Source of the DNA: Rhodothermales bacterium | GTDB lineage: Bacteria; Bacteroidota; Rhodothermia; Rhodothermales; JANQRZ01 | Length of the DNA stretch: 64,000 bases | Assembly: GCA_965214485.1 (NCBI GenBank) | Contig: CBDCBW010000009.1 | Location: 82,414 to 146,413, forward strand | Direction: 5' to 3' | In this document: piece after piece, positions 57,196 to 64,000 of the stretch | Position numbering within the stretch: the first letter of the stretch is position 1 | How the letters are laid out: the number at the start of each line of letters is the position of its first letter | The notes under the pieces: model-generated | The model's input: only the letters and a program-made list of their open reading frames with translations | The model's database searches: none | What the model was told of the DNA's origin: nothing | Made by a program: the position numbers and the translations under genes

Positions 57196-59250
57196 ATGGG
57201 GGGAATGGAAAGAATGGAGGGTGTGGGGGGAGGATTCGCCCTCCTCGCCCTCCTCGCCCTCCTCGCCCTTCCTGCGCAGGCGCAACGCCCCGACTCGCTC
57301 GCGCTGCCAGTGGACTCGCTCGCTGCACCGGTGGACACCCTTGATGTGACGGTGGACTCCGGCGCGGCGGACTCGGCGGCGGTGCGGCGGCCGCCCCGCC
57401 CCGCCGTGTCCTTCGCGCCTGCCGAGCCGGGCCGCGTCGTGAGCGGCGTGCCGACGCGGCGGCCTGTCTTCAACGTGGCGGAGCTTTTGGCCGAGGGGCC
57501 GGGCGCGTTCCGCTACGACCTCGGCGTCCCGGCGGCGGCGGACGGCCTTTCGTTCGGCGGCCTCGCCCCGCGCCGCACGGCGCTGAGACTCGACGGCGTC
57601 CCTGGCGGGGACCTGCTCTCCGGTCGCCCGGCGTTCGAGCTGCTCCCGCTCGACGTGCTCGCCCCGCTCCGGCTCGGCGCGGACGGGACCGAGCCGGCAG
57701 CGGTGGCGGCGAGCCTGCGCGCCTTCGGGGCGGCAGTGCCGGTGACGGAGCTGCGCTACCGGACGGGCGGCGGCGGCATTCAGTTCATCTCGGCGACCCA
57801 CGCGCAGACGCGGCGGCCCGGCTTCGTGCGTGCCCTCGGCGGCGACCGGGCGCGGCTGCAGGCGCTCTTCCACGTCAGCGGGCGCGAGGCCGACGGCGAG
57901 TACGCCGGGGTCGGGGTGAACGGGTGGCAGGTGATCGGGCGCGTCGGCCTCGCGCTGCCCTGGCTCTCGCTAGAGGTCACCGAGCGCCACGGGCGCGACC
58001 GCGCCGGAGCTTCGGGCGGCGTCCGGCCCGGCGGCCCGGACTTCAACACGGTCTTCGACCGCGACGGGGCGACCGTCCTCACCCCGAACGCGCGGCGCGA
58101 GACGATCCGCAACGACCTCTCGGCTACCCTCCGCCTCCCGCTTCTCCGCTCGCCGCTCACGGCGACGGGCTTCTGGACCGCCGAGACGTTTCGGTACTTC
58201 GACTCGGGCGCATTCACCGCCGCCGACACGGTGGGCGCTCGGGCGGACCGGCTCGGTCTGCGGCTCGTGCAGCCCGTCCGGTGGGGGGCGCACCGGCTCC
58301 GCGCCGTCGCCGAGGGCTGGGTGACGCAGACGAGGCGCGGCACCGCGTTTCCCGACGACGACCGCGCCCAAACCCTCCACTTCGCCCTCTCGGACTCACT
58401 CGCTCTCGCCGGCTTCGACCTCGACACCGAGGCCGGGTTCACCGTAGCGCCGGGGTCTTCCTTCCCCGTACTCGGGTTCCGCGTCGAGCGGGCCTTCGGT
58501 CCGGCGCGGACGTTCGTGTCCACCCGGATCGCCGGAGCGACCCACAGCCGGGTCGAGCGCGACGGGTTCGGGACGCTGGCCCGGTCGGCGGGAGCGGCGG
58601 GCGACGAGCGGACGCTCGTGCTCGCGGCAGGCTTCGACGCCGAGGCTGGGCCGTTCGACCTCGCGCTCTCGGGCGAGGCCGTGCGGCAGACCGATCCCCG
58701 CGCGCTCCTCGCCGACGCGGACACGGCGGCGACGTTCGTGACCGCGCGCGGGACGTTCCGCCGCGTGACGGGCACCGCCCGCCTCGGCTGGCGCGACCGC
58801 GCAGCGCGCGGCCTCTACGCCCGGCTTCGGGCCGACGCCTCGGCGTTCCTCAACTCCGGCGACTCCCCCGTTCACGCCCGCGAAGCCGAGGCCCTCCCGC
58901 CGGTCTGGGGCGAGGCCCGCCTCGGCGTCCGCGCCCTGGGCCTCTTCGGCGGCAACCTCGACCTCGACCTCGCCGCACGCGGGCGCGGGTGGGCGGCGTT
59001 CCGAGGCCGCAGCTTCCACGCGCCCACCGCGCTCTTCGCCCTCCCGCCGCTCGACGCGCGCCCCGTCGATCCCTCCGGCACGCTCGACCTCATCGCTGAG
59101 GCCGCGATCGGCGGGGGGCGGGCGACGGTGTTCATCGCCTACGAAAACATTCTCGCGAGCCGGGCCTATTCCGGGGCCTACGTCGTGCCGGTTTACCCGC
59201 TCCCGAACCCGCGCCTCCGCTTCGGCGTGTTCTGGCTCCTCCCGAACTAG
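57196..59250 (+). CDS. Outer-membrane beta-barrel protein (putative porin family)
   Basis: Signal FALLALLALLALPAQAQ and a beta-rich sequence ending ...RLRFGVFWLLPN*. Start ambiguous (ATG at 57196, 57205 or 57214). Confidence 0.6.
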   Translation: MGGMERMEGVGGGFALLALLALLALPAQAQRPDSLALPVDSLAAPVDTLDVTVDSGAADSAAVRRPPRPAVSFAPAEPGRVVSGVPTRRPVFNVAELLAEGPGAFRYDLGVPAAADGLSFGGLAPRRTALRLDGVPGGDLLSGRPAFELLPLDVLAPLRLGADGTEPAAVAASLRAFGAAVPVTELRYRTGGGGIQFISATHAQTRRPGFVRALGGDRARLQALFHVSGREADGEYAGVGVNGWQVIGRVGLALPWLSLEVTERHGRDRAGASGGVRPGGPDFNTVFDRDGATVLTPNARRETIRNDLSATLRLPLLRSPLTATGFWTAETFRYFDSGAFTAADTVGARADRLGLRLVQPVRWGAHRLRAVAEGWVTQTRRGTAFPDDDRAQTLHFALSDSLALAGFDLDTEAGFTVAPGSSFPVLGFRVERAFGPARTFVSTRIAGATHSRVERDGFGTLARSAGAAGDERTLVLAAGFDAEAGPFDLALSGEAVRQTDPRALLADADTAATFVTARGTFRRVTGTARLGWRDRAARGLYARLRADASAFLNSGDSPVHAREAEALPPVWGEARLGVRALGLFGGNLDLDLAARGRGWAAFRGRSFHAPTALFALPPLDARPVDPSGTLDLIAEAAIGGGRATVFIAYENILASRAYSGAYVVPVYPLPNPRLRFGVFWLLPN

Positions 59251-59524
59251 CCTACCCGCAGCTCGCCTTCGGCCTCGGCCTGGAGGCGGGACTTCGTCGC
59301 CGGACCGAGGCCGTTCCAGTGGGTGTCGGTGAGCGCGCCGTGGAGAGCGAAGAGGAGGAGCGCGTTGGTGCCTGGGTAGCGGTGCCGGACGATCCGGTAG
59401 GCCATCACCGCGCCGACGCGCCGCAGCTCCTCTGCCGACGTGATCCCGCAGGCGCACAGCCGGCCAGCCGGCCGGCGCTTCTCGGGCCGAGGTTCTTGAG
59501 CGTGGACAGGTCGGAGTCGATCAT
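59247..59524 (-). pseudogene. TfoX C-terminal (HhH) domain gene disrupted by an 8-bp tandem duplication
   Basis: ATG 59524: MIDSDLSTLKNLGPRSAGRLAG, then an early stop. The remainder, CACGITSAEELRRVGAVMAYRIVRHRYPGTNALLLFALHGALTDTHWNGL...*, is in another frame. agccggcc is duplicated at 59458-59473, and removing one copy restores a 89-aa ORF. Confidence 0.75.
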
Positions 59525-59589
59525 CGTGGCAGCGGGCGGGTGGCGGGGGAAGCTACCAGCCTTCGCCGCGCGTGGGTACCTTTCCCGCC

Positions 59590-60591
59590 ATGCAAAGCCC
59601 CGCCCCCGACCTGTCGCTCGTGATCCCGCTCCTCGACGAGGCGGAGTCGCTCCCCGAACTCGCCGAGCGCGTCCGTGCGGCGCTCGAGCCGACGCCCTAC
59701 TCGTTCGAGGTCTGGCTGATCGACGACGGATCGACCGACGGGTCGTGGGACATCGTCCGGCGGCTGCACCGCGAGGACCCGCGCTTCGCCGGCCTCCGGT
59801 TCCGGCGCAACTACGGCAAGAGCGCCGCCCTCGCCGTCGGGTTCGACCGGGCGCGGGGCCGCTACGTCGCCACGCTCGACGCCGACCTGCAGGACGACCC
59901 CGCCGAGCTCCCGGCCATGATCGAGCGCTTGGAGGCCGGGGCCGACCTCGTCAGCGGCTGGAAGCAGAAGCGCCACGACCCGCTCTCGAAGACCATCCCG
60001 AGCCGGTTCTTCAACGGCGTCACCCGCCTCGTCTCCGGGATCGGGCTGCACGACTTCAACTCCGGCATCAAGGCCTACCGCGCCGAGGTCGTGAAGAACG
60101 TCCACGTCTACGGCGAGCTGCACCGCTACATCCCGCTGCTCGCGAAGTGGGAGGGCTACACCCGCATTGAGGAGCGCGCCGTCCAACACCACCCCCGCCG
60201 CCACGGGCAGACCAAGTTCGGCATCGAGCGCTTCGTGCGCGGCTTCCTCGACCTGCTGACGGTCGTCTTCGTGACGCGCTTCGGGCGGCGGCCGATGCAC
60301 TTCTTCGGCGGGATGGGGACGATCTCCTTCCTCGGCGGCTTCGCCATCTCGCTCTACCTCTCGGTCGGCTGGGCGCTGGGCACGCCGATCCAGAACCGCC
60401 CCCTCTTCCACCTCGGGATCATGCTCGTCGTCGTCGGGGTGCAGCTCTTCCTGGCCGGGTTCCTCGGCGAGATGATCGTCCGCCCGCAGATGGAGCGCAT
60501 CGACGACGTGCACCTCCGCGAGGCGCTCGAACCCGGGGCCTCACCCAGCCCGCGAGCGGCTCGTGAGGCCGAGCCTAGTAGCGCGCGGTGA
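59590..60591 (+). CDS. Family 2 glycosyltransferase (polyprenol-phosphate sugar transferase-like) with C-terminal TM segments
   Basis: SLVIPLLDE, IDDGSTDGS, LDADLQDDP. Two C-terminal hydrophobic segments. Alternative ATG at 59572. Confidence 0.88.
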   Translation: MQSPAPDLSLVIPLLDEAESLPELAERVRAALEPTPYSFEVWLIDDGSTDGSWDIVRRLHREDPRFAGLRFRRNYGKSAALAVGFDRARGRYVATLDADLQDDPAELPAMIERLEAGADLVSGWKQKRHDPLSKTIPSRFFNGVTRLVSGIGLHDFNSGIKAYRAEVVKNVHVYGELHRYIPLLAKWEGYTRIEERAVQHHPRRHGQTKFGIERFVRGFLDLLTVVFVTRFGRRPMHFFGGMGTISFLGGFAISLYLSVGWALGTPIQNRPLFHLGIMLVVVGVQLFLAGFLGEMIVRPQMERIDDVHLREALEPGASPSPRAAREAEPSSAR

Positions 60592-61285
60592 CGGACTTGC
60601 GCTTGAGCGCCGAGAGCCAGCGCGTGATGTCGATCCCCTTCGGGCAGGCCTGGACGCAGTTGAAGATCGTGTAGCACTTCCACAGCCCGTCCTTCGAGTC
60701 GACGATCTCGAGCCGGTCCTCGGTGGCCTGGTCGCGGGAGTCGAAGGTGTAGCGGTAGGCCTTGAGCATGGCCGCCGGGCCGAGGTAGTCCGGGTCGGCC
60801 CAGGTGCTCGGGCAGCTGTGGGTGCAGGCCCCGCACATGATGCACTTCGTCGCGTCCTCGATGACCGCGTGCTGCGCCGGGCTCTGGCGGCGCTCCTTCT
60901 CCGGCGGCGGCGTGTGGTTGACGAGCCACGGCATGACCGCGCGGTACTTCTCGAAGAACCCGGTCTGGTCCACGACGAGGTCTTTGATGACCGGGGCCGC
61001 GGGGAGCGGCTCGAACGAGATCGTCCCGCCCTTATGCCCGACGAGGTCCTGGACGAGGATCGAGCAGGCGAGCTTGTTCTCGCCGTTGATCTGCATGGCG
61101 TCGGAGCCGCAGATGCCGTGGGCGCAGCTCTTGCGGAAGGTGAGCGACCCGTCCATGTGCCACTTGATGTAGGTCAGCAGGTCGAGCGCCCGGTCCATCG
61201 GATCGGCCTCGACGGGGTAGGTCTCCCAGTGCGGCTCGCTGTCGCGCTCCGGGTCGTAGCGCTTGATCTTAACGGTGAGGTTCAT
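60575..61285 (-). CDS. sdhB: Succinate dehydrogenase iron-sulfur subunit
   Basis: SCAHGICGSDAMQING, CIMCGACTHSCP, CVQACPKGI. Confidence 0.95.
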   Translation of the reverse strand: MNLTVKIKRYDPERDSEPHWETYPVEADPMDRALDLLTYIKWHMDGSLTFRKSCAHGICGSDAMQINGENKLACSILVQDLVGHKGGTISFEPLPAAPVIKDLVVDQTGFFEKYRAVMPWLVNHTPPPEKERRQSPAQHAVIEDATKCIMCGACTHSCPSTWADPDYLGPAAMLKAYRYTFDSRDQATEDRLEIVDSKDGLWKCYTIFNCVQACPKGIDITRWLSALKRKSVTARY

Positions 61286-61366
61286 ACGTCGGAGAGGGTG
61301 AAAGGAGAAAAGGAGGAAAAGGGAGAAGGGGCGTCTCTCTTTCCCCCTTCTCCCCTTCCCCAGCTC
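61286..61366 (-). other. sdhA-sdhB intercistronic polypurine/polypyrimidine hairpin
   Basis: On the coding strand, ggggaaggggagaagggggaaagagaga - cgcc - ccttctcccttttcctccttttctcctttcaccctctcc, followed by the ATG of sdhB. Confidence 0.6.
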
Positions 61367-63109
61367 TCAATACTTCCGCTCCTTCGGCTGGAAGCGGGTG
61401 ATGGTGACGCTCTTGTAGTCGAAGCGGGCCTCGCCGTCCTGGGACCAGTAGAGGGTGTGCTTGAGCCAGTTCTCGTCGTCGCGGTCGGGGTAGTCTTCGC
61501 GGAGGTGCGCGCCGCGGCTCTCGGGCCGGTGGGCGGCCCCGGCGGCGATGGCCTCGGCGTAGTCCACCATGAAGCCGATCTCGACGGCGTCCATGAGGTC
61601 GGTGTTGAACTTCGTCCCCTTGTCGCCGACGACGACGCGTCCGGCGCGGGCGCGGAGCTGCCCTAGATCGGCGAGGGCGGTTGAGAGGGTCTCGTCGTTG
61701 CGGAAGACGGAGACGTTCGTCATCATCGTCTCCTGGAGGTCGGTGCGGATCGAGACGGCCTTCTCGCCCTCGGTGCGCGCGCGGATGGTTTCGAGGAGGT
61801 CGCGGGTGCGGGCCTCGGCGGCGTCCGGGAGCGTGCGCCGCTGGGTCCCGTCGCGCTCGATCTCGCCCGCCATCGCGATGCCGGCGCGGCGGCCGAAGAC
61901 GACGAGGTCGAGGAGGGAGTTGGTCCCTAAGCGGTTGGCGCCGTGGACGCTGACGCAGGCGCACTCGCCGATGGCGTAGAAGCCCGGCACCACGTCGTCC
62001 TCGCGGCTCGGCCCGGCGACGACCTGCCCGTCGACGTTCGTCGGGATGCCGCCCATCGCGTAGTGGCACGTCGGCGCGACCGGGATCGGCGTCTTGACCG
62101 GGTCGATGCCGAGGTAGACGCGGCTGAACTCGGTGATCTCGGGGAGCTTGTGCTCCAGGACGTCGGTCCCGACGTGGGTCATGTCGAGCACGACGTGGTC
62201 TTTGCCGTTGATGCCGCGGCCTTCGCGGATTTCCTTGTAGATGCACTGCGAGACCATGTCGCGCGGGGCGAGGTCCTTGACGGTCGGCGCGTAGCGCTCC
62301 ATGAAGCGCTCGCCCTCGGAGTTGCGGAGGATGCCGCCCTCGCCGCGCGCGCCCTCGGTGATCAGGATGCCGAGGCGGTAGAGGCCGGTCGGGTGGAACT
62401 GGACGAACTCCATGTCCTCGAGCGGGAAGCCGTTGCGGAGGGCGATCGCCATCCCGTCGCCGGTGCCGGCGTGGGCGTTCGAGGTCGTCTTGAAGGCGCG
62501 GCCGTAGCCGCCCGTTGCGAAGCAGGTGATCTTCGCGTGGAAGGTGTGGACCTCGCCCGTGAGGATCTCATAGGCCACGATCCCGACGACGGCCCCGTCC
62601 TCGTCCTTGACGAGGTCGAGCATCTGGAACTCGTCGTAGAACTTGACCTCTTTCTGGGTGCACTGGTCGTAGAGCGTGTGGAGGATCGTGTGGCCCGTGC
62701 GGTCGGCGGCGTGGCAGGCGCGGCGGACGGCGGCCTCGCCGAAGTTGCGCGTGTGCCCACCGAAGCGTCGCTGCGAGATCAGGCCCTCCTGGTTGCGGCT
62801 GAACGGCACGCCGTAGTGCTCGAGCTCGATGATGGTCCGCGGCGCGTCGCGGCACATCTGCTCGATGGCGTCCTGGTCGCCGAGGTAGTCCGAGCCCTTG
62901 ACGGTGTCGAAGGTGTGCCAGAGCCAGCTGTCCTCCTCCTCGTTCCCGAGCGCCGCGCCGATGCCGCCCTGCGCCGCGCCGGTGTGGCTGCGGAGCGGGT
63001 GGAGCTTCGAGACGACGGCCACGTCGGCCCCGCCTTCGCGGGCGTAGAGCGCCGCCATCAGGCCCGCGCCGCCCGCGCCAACGATTACGATGTCGTGCGT
63101 AAAAGTCAT
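61367..63109 (-). CDS. sdhA: Succinate dehydrogenase flavoprotein subunit
   Basis: [27 protein letters not shown] (FAD-attachment His context), [21 protein letters not shown]. Confidence 0.96.
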   Translation of the reverse strand: MTFTHDIVIVGAGGAGLMAALYAREGGADVAVVSKLHPLRSHTGAAQGGIGAALGNEEEDSWLWHTFDTVKGSDYLGDQDAIEQMCRDAPRTIIELEHYGVPFSRNQEGLISQRRFGGHTRNFGEAAVRRACHAADRTGHTILHTLYDQCTQKEVKFYDEFQMLDLVKDEDGAVVGIVAYEILTGEVHTFHAKITCFATGGYGRAFKTTSNAHAGTGDGMAIALRNGFPLEDMEFVQFHPTGLYRLGILITEGARGEGGILRNSEGERFMERYAPTVKDLAPRDMVSQCIYKEIREGRGINGKDHVVLDMTHVGTDVLEHKLPEITEFSRVYLGIDPVKTPIPVAPTCHYAMGGIPTNVDGQVVAGPSREDDVVPGFYAIGECACVSVHGANRLGTNSLLDLVVFGRRAGIAMAGEIERDGTQRRTLPDAAEARTRDLLETIRARTEGEKAVSIRTDLQETMMTNVSVFRNDETLSTALADLGQLRARAGRVVVGDKGTKFNTDLMDAVEIGFMVDYAEAIAAGAAHRPESRGAHLREDYPDRDDENWLKHTLYWSQDGEARFDYKSVTITRFQPKERKY

Positions 63110-63134
63110 AGCGCTGTCGTTGATGCGCAGGTGG

Positions 63135-63155
63135 GGGCGGGTTTCAAACCCGCCC
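63135..63155 (-). other. Perfect 10-1-10 palindrome between sdhD stop and sdhA start
   Basis: gggcgggttt-c-aaacccgccc, immediately adjacent to the sdhD stop codon (63156-58). Confidence 0.6.
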
Positions 63156-63731
63156 TTACAGCCCCGCCACCGTCACCGAGTAGGTGCCGATGACGAAGAG
63201 CACGATGGCGAGGCCCCATGAGAACGTGACCGCCGTGGCGCGCGCGAGGTCGTTGCGGATGTAGTCGGAGAGGATGTTGTTGAGCCCGTAGAAGCCGTGG
63301 TGCAGGGCGAAGAGCAGGAAGAGGATGTTGAAGCCCTTCCAGAGCACCGCGTAGACTGGGTCGGCGAGGCGGAGCATCAGGACGTCGTAGGGCGTCGCGC
63401 CGGCCTCCTCGGCGGGCGGGTGCGTCGGGCCGGGGACGTCCTCGCCGCTGTCCTGCTGCGCCGGGACGACAGGGTTGACGGGAGCCTGTTGACCGAGCGC
63501 CTGCTTGCGCGCCTCGACGGCGGCGTTGGCCTCCTCGGAGTAGCGCGGGAGAACGCCCGCCTCGGCCTGCTCCGCCGTCACCACGTCGTGCGAGATGCTG
63601 GCCGTGGTGCGGTCGTAGTGCTGGACCCAGAAGTGGGTGACGAGCAGGAAGACGAGGAACGTCCCGGTGATCCGGTGGAGGAACCACTGGAACGCGCTCG
63701 ACCGGGCCGTCTTTCCGTATTTGCTGGGCAT
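63156..63731 (-). CDS. sdhD: Succinate dehydrogenase membrane anchor subunit with a long hydrophilic insertion
   Basis: [29 protein letters not shown] and ...[26 protein letters not shown]...[17 protein letters not shown]. Operon position sdhC-D-A-B. Confidence 0.7.
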   Translation of the reverse strand: MPSKYGKTARSSAFQWFLHRITGTFLVFLLVTHFWVQHYDRTTASISHDVVTAEQAEAGVLPRYSEEANAAVEARKQALGQQAPVNPVVPAQQDSGEDVPGPTHPPAEEAGATPYDVLMLRLADPVYAVLWKGFNILFLLFALHHGFYGLNNILSDYIRNDLARATAVTFSWGLAIVLFVIGTYSVTVAGL

Positions 63732-63796
63732 AATGGGTTGGAAGGTGCGGGTTCGAGGTTGGATAGCCGCTCACGACCTCCAACCCCAAACCGACG

Positions 63797-64000
63797 CTAC
63801 GAACCGAAGTGCGAGACGAGCGCGGCGATGCTCGGGTAGCCGCCGACGACGAACAGGAGCGCCGCCACGCCGCCGAGCGTCCAGAACAGCTTCCGCTGGT
63901 TCGGGCTCCACCCGAGGAAGTCGATCAGCACAATCCGCAGCCCGTTCATCGCGTGCCACACCACGGCCCCGAGGAGCAGGAACTCGCCGACCTTGAAGAT
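63797..64000 (-). CDS. sdhC: Succinate dehydrogenase cytochrome b subunit, 3' part (5' end outside window)
   Basis: My translation of the reverse strand is IFKVGEFLLLGAVVWHAMNGLRIVLIDFLGWSPNQRKLFWTLGGVAALLFVVGGYPSIAALVSHFGS*. The listed ORF 63771..63959 is in a different frame. Confidence 0.7.
   Translation of the reverse strand: MFKVGEFLLLGAVVWHAMNGLRIVLIDFLGWSPNQRKLFWTLGGVAALLFVVGGYPSIAALVSHFGS

Noticed and set aside
57190-57290. A further purine-arm/pyrimidine-arm element at the start of the porin-like gene
   Set aside because: The purine-rich part (ggaatgg repeats) and the gccctcctc x3 part are not convincingly complementary. The latter simply encodes the (LAL)x3 core of the signal peptide.
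58396-59457. 353-aa minus-strand ORF overlapping the porin-like gene
   Set aside because: It is Arg/Pro/Gly-rich and antisense to a beta-barrel gene. Only its extreme 5' part coincides with one frame of the disrupted TfoX-C gene.
63771-63959. 62-aa listed ORF at the right window edge
   Set aside because: It is in the wrong frame. The adjacent frame (stop at 63797) encodes a convincing SdhC C-terminus (HAMNGLRIVLIDF...).

Overview
High-GC (about 70% by eye) bacterial chromosome segment. Five proteins carry Por/T9SS C-terminal sorting domains and the roughly 800-aa FtsX permeases are of the type common in Bacteroidota, so a Rhodothermia-like lineage is my inference. I found no rRNA, tRNA, CRISPR array or transposase. 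Because of the GC content, most long ORFs in the track (up to 2017 aa) are antisense or off-frame artefacts, and I called genes only where the protein sequence is recognisable.

Layout:
- 1-11.7 kb: tandem array of MacB/FtsX-type ABC permease paralogs with one ATPase. It is interrupted by an intact vapBC pair, a 17-codon vapB remnant, a GNAT gene and an internally collapsed permease.
- 11.8-13.7 kb: PQQ sugar dehydrogenase with an apparent 1-nt frameshift, and a DUF721 gene.
- 13.7-31.5 kb, all on the minus strand: ECF sigma plus Ser/Thr kinase-TPR pair. This is followed by a block of transmembrane anchor protein, HupE/UreJ, His-rich lipoprotein, TonB-dependent receptor, His-rich membrane protein, 4-TM protein, TPR protein, two tandem T9SS-exported DUF4331 paralogs and a T9SS-exported di-haem cytochrome c peroxidase. 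I consider this block the best candidate for an uncharacterised (metal-handling?) cell-surface system.
- 31.7-42.7 kb: CsbD, a lipoprotein, 7Fe ferredoxin, an esterase/acyltransferase pair, two more T9SS cargo proteins (lipase, beta-helix), an SDR and SpoIID.
- 43-64 kb: housekeeping genes (BatA-like, hflX, CBS, gyrB, Uma2, OM proteins, pfk, epimerase, dNK, porin-like, GT2, sdhCDAB), plus a TfoX-C gene broken by an 8-bp tandem duplication.

Non-coding signals:
- A dispersed CCCGCTTCCGCT box / purine-arm hairpin family sits immediately 5' of start codons.
- Polypurine/polypyrimidine hairpins.
- Three intergenic 14-18 bp tandem repeats.
- G-depleted, SD-less leaders.
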